Part shown: in pieces, positions 29,272 to 39,605 of the stretch | Numbering within the stretch: the first letter of the stretch is position 1 | Layout: each line of letters starts with the position of its first letter | IMG/VR virus record: IMGVR_UViG_3300042273_000539 | Strand: one strand, 5' to 3' | Source: an uncultured virus (IMG/VR IMGVR_UViG_3300042273_000539) | Taxonomy: Duplodnaviria; Heunggongvirae; Uroviricota; Caudoviricetes | DNA length: 64,000 bases | The notes under the pieces: model-generated | Seen by the model: only the letters and a program-made list of their open reading frames with translations | Database searches by the model: none | Told to the model about the DNA's origin: nothing | Position numbers and translations under genes: made by a program

Positions 29272-29847
29272 ATGGGTCAAAGATTAGTTGTCGTGATTAA
29301 TAGTGGTGGAAAAGATTTAGCTAATGCGTACTATCATTGGAGTGGTTATTCTTGGGCTTCATTGGAAACTATAATGCCTATTATAGAGTTTTTGAAAAAT
29401 AACAAACTTAAAAATATAACTACTCTTAAAGCTATAAAACTACTACAACTTACAAGAGCAGAACTTCTTGATTCAGAGTTAGAATATTGTATTAAAAATA
29501 ATATTCCGATAAAAAGAGTTTGGCCAAATATTAATAGAAATAATGGACTTATAGCTGTTTCTCCTGCTGAAATGGGGCAAAATTTATATTGGTCTGAAGG
29601 GACTATACGAATTTTTGTAGATGAACAAAAAATAAATTATGGAGTATGTTGGGCGGTAGATGAAGACGAGATTTATTTAAGGTCTGAAGAAGAGAAAATG
29701 GAACCTGTTATTGTAAATCTTGAACTTGATGATTTTCCTTTAGTAGATTTCATGAATGTTCCATTTCTTATGGATAAAATTGAAGAAGTGCAAAGTCTTG
29801 GCGGTTATTTAGAATCAGGAAATATTTTATATGGAGTGATATATTGA
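29272..29847 (+). CDS. Conserved phage hypothetical protein
   Basis: MGQRL..AYYHWSGYS..NRNNGLIA. Confidence 0.65.
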   Translation: MGQRLVVVINSGGKDLANAYYHWSGYSWASLETIMPIIEFLKNNKLKNITTLKAIKLLQLTRAELLDSELEYCIKNNIPIKRVWPNINRNNGLIAVSPAEMGQNLYWSEGTIRIFVDEQKINYGVCWAVDEDEIYLRSEEEKMEPVIVNLELDDFPLVDFMNVPFLMDKIEEVQSLGGYLESGNILYGVIY

Positions 29848-30032
29848 TAAGTATGTTTAAGTTAGAAAAGGGGCCAGTTTGTCCTAAATGTGGTTCAAGT
29901 AAAATTGATGAAGTCAAGGAAAATTTTGGACCTATTTGGTGCAATGATTGTGGATACAGGACAGAACATAAAGAGAATTTTGATGATTTTAGAGATAATG
30001 GAATTTTGAGGCAAATGGTTTTGGAGTTATGA
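29844..30032 (+). CDS. Small zinc-ribbon protein
   Basis: CPKCGS...CNDCG. Confidence 0.6.
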   Translation: MISMFKLEKGPVCPKCGSSKIDEVKENFGPIWCNDCGYRTEHKENFDDFRDNGILRQMVLEL

Positions 30033-30033
30033 T

Positions 30034-30450
30034 ATGATTGAGTTGTTGAAATCCTATTTTACAAAAGATGGGAGAAAAGTGGTAGTTTTAGAATATAGGG
30101 GCGGAAAATATTTATGTAGTGATAAGATAGGTAATAAATTTTTCTTATCATCTAGTGAGTTGTTGCTTTCTAAAAGTAAGCCTAAAATAATAGAGCCTGT
30201 ATATTCCGATAATAAAGTTTCTTTCTCGGAGGAAGAGTTTGATTTCAATAAGCCTACTGAAATAGAACCAGAAGTTCAAGAGGTTATACCACAAGTAGAA
30301 AAAAACTTTGAAGAAGGCGCAGAATTTGTTGATTTTATAAAAATACCAGAGCCAGAGCCAGAGTCAGAGCCAGAAGAAGATATTTTTGACGATGAAAAAC
30401 CTAAAAAAACAGAAGTTCAAGAGGATGATTTCTACGGAGATCTTTTGTAA
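30034..30450 (+). CDS. Hypothetical protein with acidic Pro/Glu tail
   Basis: GGAG RBS; PEPEPESEPE. Confidence 0.6.
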   Translation: MIELLKSYFTKDGRKVVVLEYRGGKYLCSDKIGNKFFLSSSELLLSKSKPKIIEPVYSDNKVSFSEEEFDFNKPTEIEPEVQEVIPQVEKNFEEGAEFVDFIKIPEPEPESEPEEDIFDDEKPKKTEVQEDDFYGDLL

Positions 30451-30474
30451 ATATACTATTAAAGGTAGATTATT

Positions 30475-30765
30475 ATGAAAACATTAAAACAAATATTTGA
30501 ACAGTTAGAGAATGATCCTTTAATAAATCAAAAAGTTCAACAAATGAATCTTGATACTCAAAAACTTCAAAAACAAGCAAATGAGTTAAATATGCTTTTA
30601 AAGAAAAAAGCAATTGATGATTCTGAATATAAAAAAAGGATGGAGCTAATAAACAAGCAACTTTTGCAACAGAAAGAACAGCTTGAAAAAAATAAAAATT
30701 TACAAAATCCAGCAGCCAATCCAGCTGCTAATCCTGGGGGAAATCAAAACGTAAATAATGTCTAA
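30475..30765 (+). CDS. Gln-rich small protein with propeptide-like N-terminus
   Basis: MKTLKQIFEQ; NPAA repeats. Confidence 0.6.
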   Translation: MKTLKQIFEQLENDPLINQKVQQMNLDTQKLQKQANELNMLLKKKAIDDSEYKKRMELINKQLLQQKEQLEKNKNLQNPAANPAANPGGNQNVNNV

Positions 30766-31333
30766 AATAGATTTAGCTATGAAAATATCTATTGAGTTCT
30801 TAAAGCAATATAGAACTAAATATAAGAGATATTTATACAGTGCGAGAAATGTAAAAGAAAGTAAATGGTGGATACATTTTGAAAATGCATCCACCTTTAT
30901 TGCCTATGAAGACGTAGCGCCTTTTATGGATTATGTTTTTAGGCGTTCTTATCAAGAAAATAAAATATTGCCCTACATTTTAAATAGAAAACATACAAAA
31001 GAATTGTATGAAACTTTTTTACAACTTAAAGATGTAAAAGATGATAAAACAAAAACTATTGAAAGAATAGAAGGAACTTTAAAGCAGATTTTATCTTGGT
31101 GTAAAAAGAATGATGTAAGAAAAAATAAAATAACAAGTTTTTTAGAAGACAGGGCAAATATTATGAAAATAGAAAGAGGAACTTTATATGAGCCAGTATT
31201 CTATTTTTCTAAAAAATATATGGAAGGAAAATATATAGAGGATTTAGATTTAAGAAAGTCTGTTTTTAGGATTTCTTTTCCTAATGTATATGATACGTTA
31301 AAGAAATTATTATCAGATGATTTTTTAGAATAG
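30758..31333 (+). CDS. Hypothetical protein
   Basis: Overlapping ORF followed by terminator CTGGC-GTAA-GCCAG-T7. Confidence 0.65.
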   Translation: MSKIDLAMKISIEFLKQYRTKYKRYLYSARNVKESKWWIHFENASTFIAYEDVAPFMDYVFRRSYQENKILPYILNRKHTKELYETFLQLKDVKDDKTKTIERIEGTLKQILSWCKKNDVRKNKITSFLEDRANIMKIERGTLYEPVFYFSKKYMEGKYIEDLDLRKSVFRISFPNVYDTLKKLLSDDFLE

Positions 31334-31372
31334 AGCTGGCGTAAGCCAGTTTTTTTATTGGCGAAAAAATGA

Positions 31373-31401
31373 TTGACAAAAAAGTAAAAAAAGATTATAC
31401 T
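31373..31401 (+). promoter_or_regulatory. Sigma70-type early promoter
   Basis: TTGACA-17-TATACT. Confidence 0.8.
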
Positions 31402-31422
31402 GATACTACGAGGAGATAGAAG

Positions 31423-32382
31423 TTGAAGGTTTTGATTGATATGATGAACTTGGTCTTTATAAGTTTTAATGTGGCAAAAAGAAAAGCGATAGACGAAAAA
31501 GGCGAGTTTACAAAAGATGACATGGGGTTCTTTTATCACCTATTCATTAATAAAATAAATGAAATTTCAAAAGAATATGGTGAGTTTATTGTGTGTAGTG
31601 AAGGAAAAGGCTCTCTTGATTATAGGAGAAGTATATATCCTGCCTACAAAAGAAATAGGGATGAAAGTAAGACTGATGAAACATATCTTATGATTAAAGA
31701 TGAATTTAAAGAGGTTGAAAGATTATTGTCTTTTTACCCTATAAAACATATCTGCGTAGAGGGAGCAGAGGCTGACGACGTTATTTACGCCCTTTCCATG
31801 CATTTTGCGGAACTTGGCGAAGATGTTTTAATAGTTTCAAGCGACGGAGATTTAACCCAACTTAATACGTTTAATAAGAAAATTTCTATTTATAATCCAA
31901 TAAAAAGAACAGTGGTTTTCCCAAAAGAAAATATTGTAGAATATAAGGCAATAGTAGGAGACCCAAGTGATGGTATTTCTGGTATTCCAAGATTAGGAAA
32001 GAAAACTTTTGAAAAAATGATGCTTGATGAAAGTTTGTTTAACGAGAAGCTGAAAGGAAAAGAGGAAGAATATAAAGCATTATTGTCTATTGTGGATTTA
32101 AGAAAATACCCTAAAGAATATCATCAGAAAGCCATAGATACTTTTAACGAAATGGATTGGAATACTTTTAATCCTAAAGAAATAGAAGTGTTTATGTTTG
32201 ATAAAAAACTAAATCAACATATTCAGTTTTGGTGGAGTGTGGTTTCTGATATAAATATAGCATTACGGCAGGAAAATAGGGAAAAAGAAACTGATTTTTC
32301 TTATAACGAAGAAAAAGAATCAGAAGACATAGTGGATTTAGATGATTTAATAAGCAGTTTGGAGGGCTTAATAGATTTATGA
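31423..32382 (+). CDS. rnh: T4 RNase H / 5'-3' flap exonuclease
   Basis: LIDMMN, YRRSIYPAYKRNR, EADDVI, SSDGDLTQL, GDPSDGISGI. Confidence 0.9.
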   Translation: MKVLIDMMNLVFISFNVAKRKAIDEKGEFTKDDMGFFYHLFINKINEISKEYGEFIVCSEGKGSLDYRRSIYPAYKRNRDESKTDETYLMIKDEFKEVERLLSFYPIKHICVEGAEADDVIYALSMHFAELGEDVLIVSSDGDLTQLNTFNKKISIYNPIKRTVVFPKENIVEYKAIVGDPSDGISGIPRLGKKTFEKMMLDESLFNEKLKGKEEEYKALLSIVDLRKYPKEYHQKAIDTFNEMDWNTFNPKEIEVFMFDKKLNQHIQFWWSVVSDINIALRQENREKETDFSYNEEKESEDIVDLDDLISSLEGLIDL

Positions 32383-32597
32383 GTGGAAGAAGAAAAAGAT
32401 TAGTTCCAAGAGAACAAAAAATGGTAGCTAGGATTGTAGGTAAAGCAAAGGAGTATAGTACTACTCATGGAAAGATTTATCTTAATCCTTTGAAAAGAAG
32501 TTTGAAGAATAAACCTTATAAGAACGAAGAGTTCAACGAAATTATGAGGGAAGAAGTTAATATGACTATTGAAATGTTAAAGGGGGAAAATAAATGA
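32379..32597 (+). CDS. Small basic hypothetical protein
   Basis: Coupled ORF. Confidence 0.55.
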   Translation: MSGRRKRLVPREQKMVARIVGKAKEYSTTHGKIYLNPLKRSLKNKPYKNEEFNEIMREEVNMTIEMLKGENK

Positions 32598-32863
32598 TTG
32601 ACGTTAATAGTGTAGACATGCAGGAATTTAAGGAAAAGTTTGAGCAGTATTTGGGATTGAACGAAACAAAAGAGAGCATCAACCATTCTATGGGTGAGAT
32701 TAAGGCTGATTTGGCTAATTTACTGGGAGTTAATAAAAAGAAGATGACATCTGTTATTAAGATGCTTATCAACATGAGACAAGAGGGACAACCACTTGAT
32801 GAAGATTTAGCTACTGGAGTTAAAGAGCTTTACTTAAAAGCAAAGGAGACTGATGATGTCTGA
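32594..32863 (+). CDS. DsbA-like dsDNA-binding protein (tentative)
   Basis: About 90-aa helical protein (EIKADLANLLGVNKKKMTSVIK) near rnh, as in T4. Confidence 0.4.
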   Translation: MIDVNSVDMQEFKEKFEQYLGLNETKESINHSMGEIKADLANLLGVNKKKMTSVIKMLINMRQEGQPLDEDLATGVKELYLKAKETDDV

Positions 32864-33281
32864 TGATTTAAAAGATTGGTATTCAAAAATGAATTCTAGT
32901 GGTGATTCTGCCGATGAATACGTAGATCCTATGACGCTTCAAAGAGTAAAAAGAACACCAGAAGAAACGAACGATAATAAGGATAGTTTGCCACAGACGG
33001 ACAATGCATTTCTTATTGCTTCTTATATAGATAGAGGATTGCCATTTTTTAATGAATATTTTAGGCTTCTGTTTGAAGACCTTCTTTCTAAATCACAAGC
33101 TGGGTTTCCGAGAAATTTGTATGCAAAAAACGTTTCTACTAATGGAGAAACGCCATCCGAAAGCCCAGAAGAGCAAAATAGAAAAGCACTTGCTGATAAT
33201 AAACAAGCATTTATTAAGTTTATTAGGCTTTTGAATTCTTTAGTTTCAGAGATTGACAAAGGAAGTTCAGATGGACAGTAA
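32853..33281 (+). CDS. Hypothetical protein
   Basis: GGAG RBS; operon context. Confidence 0.6.
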   Translation: MMSDDLKDWYSKMNSSGDSADEYVDPMTLQRVKRTPEETNDNKDSLPQTDNAFLIASYIDRGLPFFNEYFRLLFEDLLSKSQAGFPRNLYAKNVSTNGETPSESPEEQNRKALADNKQAFIKFIRLLNSLVSEIDKGSSDGQ

Positions 33282-33444
33282 AGAACTGCTTGAAAAATTG
33301 TTTGAAGAGCAAAAGAAGACAAATGTTCTTTTGACGCAGTTAATAGAGATTATGACTACTTCTATTGACATGGCTATGGGTGGCGATACTCTCAATAAGG
33401 ACTTTTTAGACAATGAGGTACGCCAAGATTTCATTACAGGTTAG
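33271..33444 (+). CDS. Hypothetical protein
   Basis: Probable start ATG 33271. Confidence 0.5.
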   Translation: MDSKELLEKLFEEQKKTNVLLTQLIEIMTTSIDMAMGGDTLNKDFLDNEVRQDFITG

Positions 33445-33844
33445 ATTCTATCACAAGGATAATAAAGCTTTTCAACATTTTATTATAGTAGATAAGAAAT
33501 TGAAAAAGTATGTCCTTGAGACTAGGTATATCCTTCATCTATATTTTGAAGATTTTATAGAGAAGAATGCTTTATCACAAAGAGATAAAGATTTTACCTT
33601 CGTTTCTAGAAGAGACGAAGAAGATAGGGTAGTTCTTGAATTTTCTTTTCCAGAAGAAAAAGAAATTGATAAAGCAAGTACATATTTTTATACATTAGCA
33701 GGAGATATACCTTACAGCGATGGATGCGAAGAGTGTAAGTACCTTTCAGAAAGTGATTGTTTGTTTTGTGAGAAGAAGGAAAAGGTGCTTACAAATAAAT
33801 TGAAAAATTGTAAATTCTTCTCGCAAAAAGGTGGAGAAAATTGA
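33413..33844 (+). CDS. Hypothetical protein with Cys cluster
   Basis: CEECKY..CLFC..NCKFF. Confidence 0.6.
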   Translation: MRYAKISLQVRFYHKDNKAFQHFIIVDKKLKKYVLETRYILHLYFEDFIEKNALSQRDKDFTFVSRRDEEDRVVLEFSFPEEKEIDKASTYFYTLAGDIPYSDGCEECKYLSESDCLFCEKKEKVLTNKLKNCKFFSQKGGEN

Positions 33845-34782
33845 AGTTAGTAGAGCAAAATGTTAGATTAATAGATTATTATGACATTTATCAAAGAATA
33901 GAATATGCAACAAGAGTATGTTATAATAGCCTTGGCAACATGACGGAAGATTCTTATAAAACATTTATCCCTGACAAAATAAATGCAGGACATTATTCTG
34001 TTCTTGAACATAGCAACATATGTTTATTGTGGGCATTTGATGACACAGAGGATGTATCTTATGTATATCAATGGCTTAACGCTGTAAAAGGAGAAAGCAA
34101 CGCAAGAGTATTTATTACTATACCTAAAGATGCTTGCAGTGAGGTGATTATTTTATCTGGGAACGTGAGGGGATGGAGGGATTTTTTTGAATACGATTTA
34201 GAAGGAAGTTGTATTTTTAACGAAGGATATAAAGATATGATTCAAACTAAAATGCATGAAGAGTATCCTATGTTTTTCTTGCCTAAAAAAACCTTTCCTG
34301 TTGGTAATCTTGAGTTTATGAGTGAAGATGAAGCGGGTGCATTTGACCCTATTCATAAAAGTTTTACTTTTGAAATAACTACCAATAGAGCTATTTCACA
34401 TCAGCTAGTAAGACATAGAGATTTTTCTTTTGCACAAGAAAGCCAAAGGTATTGTAATTATTCCAGACCAAAACATGGAGAAGAGATTAAAGCTTTTTTA
34501 CACAAAGATTTTCTTGACAAAAATGAAGATTTAGCATATTCTATTTTAGAAGAAACAGAAGATGCTTATTTTAAAGTTTTAGAAAATAAAACAGGTCAAG
34601 CACAAGATGCAAGGATGTTATTGCCGAATGCAGTTGCTACTAAAATAATGATAACAGCTAGAATACCACAGTTAGATAAGTTTTTCGCTTTGCGCTGTGA
34701 TAGCCATGCTCAAAAAGAAATAAGAGAAATAGCGTTTGCTATGCGAGATATGGTAGATGAATATATCTACAAGGGGAAATGA
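33841..34782 (+). CDS. thyX: FAD-dependent thymidylate synthase
   Basis: RVCY, GHYSVLEH, RAISHQLVRHR.FSFAQESQRY, ARMLLPN, LRCDSHAQKEIR. Confidence 0.92.
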   Translation: MKLVEQNVRLIDYYDIYQRIEYATRVCYNSLGNMTEDSYKTFIPDKINAGHYSVLEHSNICLLWAFDDTEDVSYVYQWLNAVKGESNARVFITIPKDACSEVIILSGNVRGWRDFFEYDLEGSCIFNEGYKDMIQTKMHEEYPMFFLPKKTFPVGNLEFMSEDEAGAFDPIHKSFTFEITTNRAISHQLVRHRDFSFAQESQRYCNYSRPKHGEEIKAFLHKDFLDKNEDLAYSILEETEDAYFKVLENKTGQAQDARMLLPNAVATKIMITARIPQLDKFFALRCDSHAQKEIREIAFAMRDMVDEYIYKGK

Positions 34783-34994
34783 TGAAGGATATTATACTTT
34801 TAAAAGATTTTATGGCAGTATTGAGTGAGTTTCCAGAAGATACTCCGGTTTTATTTTTAAACACAAAGCCAGATGAAAAACTTTCTGTTTCTTGTGATTT
34901 TTATCAAGATTTTTCTATGCCAGATGGGTCTAAAAAAGATGTTTTAGTTTTCTTATATGACTTTAATAAAGAAGAAGATGAAGAAAATAAGTAA
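34779..34994 (+). CDS. Hypothetical protein
   Basis: Coupled ORF. Confidence 0.55.
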   Translation: MMKDIILLKDFMAVLSEFPEDTPVLFLNTKPDEKLSVSCDFYQDFSMPDGSKKDVLVFLYDFNKEEDEENK

Positions 34995-36003
34995 ACACAT
35001 TATTGAAAATTTTGTATTCGGTAATTTTCCAGAAGCAAAGTATGTTTCTGGAAGCACTGATGAAATACATTTCAATACACCATTTGATAATGATAACAAA
35101 AAAAGATTGTATGTATCTACTTCTACTGGAAAATGGTTTGATCAGAAGGCTCAAAGAGGAAGTAATGGGTTTGAGTTTTTTGTAAGTGAGTATTTTGATA
35201 TAAGCAGAAGAGAAGCTGTTGATTTATTATATAGAGAATATTCTGATGATAATGATGTCTTTGATGAAGTGAATGAGTCTTCTGTTGTAGAAAAAGAAAG
35301 AGTAGTTTTAGAAATGCCTAGTGATGTAGTAATGTTTGACGAAACAGATAAACTAGGTATTATAGGAAGACAAGCAAAATATTATCTTGATAGCAGAAAA
35401 ATAAGTACATCTGGCCTTGGATATTTTAGTGATTTAGACAGCCCTTACGCTAATAGAATTTTTGTTCCATTTTACGAAGATGGAGATTTGGTATATTTTA
35501 TAGCAAGAAGTTTTTTAGAAGATGAAAAAATGCGCTATAAAAACCCTCCTGATTTAAAAGCAGGAGATTTTGTCTATAATATAGACAGAATAAAAAGTGA
35601 TGTATTTATTTTTGAGGGTGCTTTTGATGCTATGTCATTAGATTTTCCTCAAGTGGGAACTTGTATGCTTTCTTCTGTATTAAAAGAAGAACAGGCTAAA
35701 AAAATATTATCTAAAAATCCTTCTAGGATAGTATTTGTTCCCGATAAAGACGATAAAGTTATGACTAAAATAACTATTTTAAAAAATCTTATTAAGTCGT
35801 ATAATAGGATTATAGACAATAAAAAATATGGTCAGGACATTTCTTTTATGATTTATGATATTCCAGAAGGATATAAAGATTTTAATGAATATAAGAAAGA
35901 TTCAGGGAATGGCCTTATTTATATAGAACATTGTAAGCCATTTAACGAATTAGAGATACAAACAGAAATAAATATGTTAAGCATATTACGAGGAGAAGTA
36001 TGA
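34978..36003 (+). CDS. DNA primase (gp61/DnaG-like, TOPRIM)
   Basis: YLDSRKI, RIFVPF, FIARS, RYKNP, FEGAFDAMS, PDKD, KDFNE; N-terminal zinc-ribbon cysteines not evident. Confidence 0.85.
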   Translation: MKKISKHIIENFVFGNFPEAKYVSGSTDEIHFNTPFDNDNKKRLYVSTSTGKWFDQKAQRGSNGFEFFVSEYFDISRREAVDLLYREYSDDNDVFDEVNESSVVEKERVVLEMPSDVVMFDETDKLGIIGRQAKYYLDSRKISTSGLGYFSDLDSPYANRIFVPFYEDGDLVYFIARSFLEDEKMRYKNPPDLKAGDFVYNIDRIKSDVFIFEGAFDAMSLDFPQVGTCMLSSVLKEEQAKKILSKNPSRIVFVPDKDDKVMTKITILKNLIKSYNRIIDNKKYGQDISFMIYDIPEGYKDFNEYKKDSGNGLIYIEHCKPFNELEIQTEINMLSILRGEV

Positions 36004-37871
36004 ACCAAAAAGATCTTGAAAGAGAAATACAGGAGTATCAATCATTGTATTACTCGGGTATTCCATCAATTTCAGATGAAGAGTTTGATATATTGTGGGA
36101 AAGATTAAAAAACGAATTCCCTAACAGCCCCTTGCTAGAACAAGTAGGTGATGATAACATAGATGAAAATAAATTTCCTCATGAAATAATGATGGGTTCC
36201 CAAGAAAAAATAACTTCCGAGAAAGAGTTAAAAGATTGGGTGAGGTTAAAAAATATTACAGGTGATGTTGTAATACAAGAAAAGCTTGATGGCATATCGG
36301 TTGAACTTATTTACGAAAACAGTAAAATGATACGAGCATTAACCAGAGGAAATGGAGAAATAGGTTCTGATATAACAAAGAACATAATAAATGTCCCAAC
36401 TGTGAATGAGAAAAAAAGGTTTTCAGTTCGTGGGGAAGTTGTTTTAAGAAAAAGCAAATATAAAGAAATACAGCAAGAAGGAAAAGTAATAAGTTTAAGA
36501 AATTTGGCGGCTGGGATAGCTTATCAAAAGAATTCTTTTGATAATCTTGACAAAATTTCTGTTATATGCTATGATACAAATTTAAATTTTAAAACAGAAA
36601 TGGAAAAGATTGTATGGCTTATGGAAAACAGGTTTGAAGTTCCTAAAATTGTTATGCATGAAATAGAAGATTTAGACAGTATCATGACAGCTATAGGGGC
36701 TTTTGAATTAATAAGACCAGAGCAAGATTATGATATTGATGGATTGGTAATAAAGCAGAATATTATTCCTAGTGTTGTGGAAAATAGAGCAAGACCACAT
36801 CATCAGAGAGCTTTTAAGTGGGAATCTGAAAAAGCTATTACCATAATCAATGATGTAGAATGGTCTAGATCTGGAAATAACTATACTCCTGTTGCTATTT
36901 TAGAACCAGTAGAGCTATCAGGAGCTATTGTAACTAGAGCATCGCTAGCTAATTTAGGGGAAGTTAGCCGACTTAATTTAAGAATACCCAGTAAGGTTTT
37001 TATAACAAGAAGAGGGGAGATTATACCAAAGATACTTTCTGTTTATGAAGAAATAGAAGGCTCTAAAAAACCAGAAATACCTATGGTATGTGAGTTATGT
37101 GGAGAAGATTTATCAGTATCCCCTACTCGCATATATTGTGCTAATCCAGATTGTCCTAGCGTTTTAGAACATAGAGTTCATAAATGGATTGAAATGACTG
37201 GTGCTCTTGGGTTTGGTCCTTCTACTCTTGATTACTTGTTTTATGAAATGGGATATACTCATATTCATGAGTATTATTGTTCAAATAATATAGCAGAGGC
37301 TATAAGCAAAACTAACAAGAAAAAAGCATTACAAAAAGCGTTTGCGGAATTATTGGCTAGAAGTGTAAAAATAAAACTTGAGGATTTTGTGTCTGGATTT
37401 GATATGCCTACTATTGGTTCAAAGGTAGTAAAACTTTTAGTGGATGCAGGATACAATACCCTTGATAAACTTCGTAAAGTTAAATATGACGAGTTAATAA
37501 AAATTGATGGTATAGGACCAGAAAGAGCAAAGATTTTTGTTGAAGAAATGATAAGAAATTATGACGCTATGGATGCTGTTCTTGAGACTAATAGAGTTTC
37601 TATTATAGAGGATAATATGGCAAAAATAGAGAATGATAAAGGAAGTTTAGAAGGGAAATCGTTCTGTATGACAGGAAAACTTTCTAAACCAAGAAATGAA
37701 ATAATAGACTTCATAGAATCTAATGGCGGTAAAGTATCATCAACAGTTACGAAAAATGTTACTTATTTAGTAACAGATGACCCTAATAGTGGAAGTTCTA
37801 AAAATGAAAAAGCAAAGAAATTAGGGGTATCTGTCGTAAGCGAAGAAGAGCTTATGGAGTTAGCTCGTTGA
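36000..37871 (+). CDS. ligA: NAD-dependent DNA ligase
   Basis: ISDEEFD, EKLDG, TRGNG, RGE, RN, IDGLVIK, Cys4 finger, HhH, C-terminal BRCT. Confidence 0.92.
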   Translation: MNQKDLEREIQEYQSLYYSGIPSISDEEFDILWERLKNEFPNSPLLEQVGDDNIDENKFPHEIMMGSQEKITSEKELKDWVRLKNITGDVVIQEKLDGISVELIYENSKMIRALTRGNGEIGSDITKNIINVPTVNEKKRFSVRGEVVLRKSKYKEIQQEGKVISLRNLAAGIAYQKNSFDNLDKISVICYDTNLNFKTEMEKIVWLMENRFEVPKIVMHEIEDLDSIMTAIGAFELIRPEQDYDIDGLVIKQNIIPSVVENRARPHHQRAFKWESEKAITIINDVEWSRSGNNYTPVAILEPVELSGAIVTRASLANLGEVSRLNLRIPSKVFITRRGEIIPKILSVYEEIEGSKKPEIPMVCELCGEDLSVSPTRIYCANPDCPSVLEHRVHKWIEMTGALGFGPSTLDYLFYEMGYTHIHEYYCSNNIAEAISKTNKKKALQKAFAELLARSVKIKLEDFVSGFDMPTIGSKVVKLLVDAGYNTLDKLRKVKYDELIKIDGIGPERAKIFVEEMIRNYDAMDAVLETNRVSIIEDNMAKIENDKGSLEGKSFCMTGKLSKPRNEIIDFIESNGGKVSSTVTKNVTYLVTDDPNSGSSKNEKAKKLGVSVVSEEELMELAR

Positions 37872-37903
37872 ATAAAACTTATATAGTTTATTAGGGAGAT
37901 AAG

Positions 37904-38485
37904 ATGGAAGATTTGAAAGCAGAAGAAACAATGTCCTTAACGGAGACTTTAAGCAATGAATTAGGAACAGGCGTTGAAGAAGCTGTCGTAGTTGAAGATG
38001 CTCCTGAAAAAATGAAACTTATTCATTTTTCTCATATTGAAGGTGTAGATTGCGAAGAAGTAGTTGAAGATGAAATAGATGAAGTTTATGCTTTAACAGA
38101 AGAAATGGTTAAATTTTGTCACGAAAAACAAGGAATAGGTTTAGCGGCTCCACAGATAGGTGTTTTTAAAAAATTCTTTATTTGGCTTGATGGAGACAAA
38201 TGGTCTCTGGCAATTAATCCTACTTATTTTCCCGATAAAAAAAATACGGTTGATTTGATGGAAAGATGTTTATCATATCCAGAAAGATATTTCAAAGTAA
38301 AGAGATATAAAAGAATATCTGCTGTATTTTATAATATAGATGGAAAAACAGGAAAACTAAAAAAGTATTCCAGACAACTATCTGGAGATAGAGCTTGGGT
38401 ATTTCAGCATGAATGCGACCACCTTTCTGGCAAAACAGTAAATACAGAAGGTGTTGAAATGACTGCTAGGAAACCAAAAAATTAA
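37904..38485 (+). CDS. def: Peptide deformylase
   Basis: GIGLAAPQIG, ERCLS (EGCLS variant), QHECDHL. Confidence 0.9.
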   Translation: MEDLKAEETMSLTETLSNELGTGVEEAVVVEDAPEKMKLIHFSHIEGVDCEEVVEDEIDEVYALTEEMVKFCHEKQGIGLAAPQIGVFKKFFIWLDGDKWSLAINPTYFPDKKNTVDLMERCLSYPERYFKVKRYKRISAVFYNIDGKTGKLKKYSRQLSGDRAWVFQHECDHLSGKTVNTEGVEMTARKPKN

Positions 38486-38486
38486 T

Positions 38487-38969
38487 ATGGCTAAACAAAA
38501 AATAAATAGCAAAAACAAAGGAAATAGAGGAGAAAATGAATTATGCAAAATATTTTCAGAAAGATTTTCTCCTATTAAATTCAAAAGAAATGTTTCAAGT
38601 GGATCTTTGTTTGGTGGTTCTAATAGAATACAGGCTGAAGGTATAGATTCTGGAATAGTTAATGCTTTAGTTGGCGACATTATAGTTCCACCTAACTTTA
38701 TTTTCTCAATTGAAAGTAAATCATATAAAGAAATTTCTTTTTGGGATTTATTTAACAAAAGTTCAGATCTTCATCAATGGTTTGAGCAAGCAGAAGGTGA
38801 TGCAGAATTTAGCAAAAGAAAACCAATGATAGTCGCTAAATTCAATAACAAGCAAAGAATTTGTTTTTTGAAAGATAAATTAGAAGGATATGTATTTGAG
38901 CATATGGGATGGTATTGTTATTGGTTAAGTGAAATATTAAACCAGGAGGACGACTTCTTTTTAGAATAA
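38487..38969 (+). CDS. Holliday junction resolvase (PD-(D/E)XK, Hjc-like)
   Basis: SKNKGNRGE, SGS, GDI, IESK. Confidence 0.8.
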   Translation: MAKQKINSKNKGNRGENELCKIFSERFSPIKFKRNVSSGSLFGGSNRIQAEGIDSGIVNALVGDIIVPPNFIFSIESKSYKEISFWDLFNKSSDLHQWFEQAEGDAEFSKRKPMIVAKFNNKQRICFLKDKLEGYVFEHMGWYCYWLSEILNQEDDFFLE

Positions 38970-38977
38970 GGAAAAAT

Positions 38978-39541
38978 ATGGATTTAGAAAATTATTTACT
39001 AGAACAAAAATTAGGGAAAAACCCAGATTTAATGGAATTTTTTAACAGCTTTGCTACTCAAGTATTCACGCAGAATTTCTTAAATAAAATAAAAAAAATT
39101 ATACCGAAGCTTAACATAAGAGAGACGGTTAATAATAACAATCACATGGCAGCTTTTACTGATTCCTATAACAATATATTTATAAATAAACCTGTATTTT
39201 ACCAGTTATCTAAAACAGAGCAAATTTCTGTATTACTTCATGAGTTCATACATATATTACAGTTTAAAAACGTAAGAGAAATAAAACAGCTTTCACAAGA
39301 AGCTTGGAACCTTCTTAATAAATTAAAAAAGCCAGAAGCGCAAATGTCACAAGTGGTTCTGGGCAAAATAGATATAAAGAAAAAGTTTATAAATAGGCAT
39401 GAAATACTTCCTTACTTAATGAATGAAAAAGTAAGGTGGGATTATTTAGAGGATGGAGCTAAAGAAGAATTACGAAATTTACTAAAGAGAAGTAAAGTTT
39501 TCCAGGTAGATTCAAGATTCTGGCAAGAACGTCTTAAATAG
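38978..39541 (+). CDS. Zincin-like metallopeptidase-domain protein
   Basis: LLHEFIHILQ plus a downstream HE; N-terminal YLLEQ. Confidence 0.65.
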   Translation: MDLENYLLEQKLGKNPDLMEFFNSFATQVFTQNFLNKIKKIIPKLNIRETVNNNNHMAAFTDSYNNIFINKPVFYQLSKTEQISVLLHEFIHILQFKNVREIKQLSQEAWNLLNKLKKPEAQMSQVVLGKIDIKKKFINRHEILPYLMNEKVRWDYLEDGAKEELRNLLKRSKVFQVDSRFWQERLK

Positions 39542-39566
39542 CAGGATTAACACTCCTGCTTTTTTT
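39540..39566 (+). terminator. Intrinsic terminator
   Basis: AGCAGGA...TCCTGCT followed by a T tract. Confidence 0.8.
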
Positions 39567-39568
39567 GA

Positions 39569-39597
39569 TTGACAAAAATATAAAAATACGGTATAAT
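39569..39597 (+). promoter_or_regulatory. Sigma70-type early promoter
   Basis: TTGACA-17-TATAAT; ATG 8 nt downstream. Confidence 0.85.
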
Positions 39598-39605
39598 AAT
39601 AATAC

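Noticed and set aside
30758..31333. gp59 helicase loader
   Set aside because: Suggested only by position near rnh; no recognisable motif.
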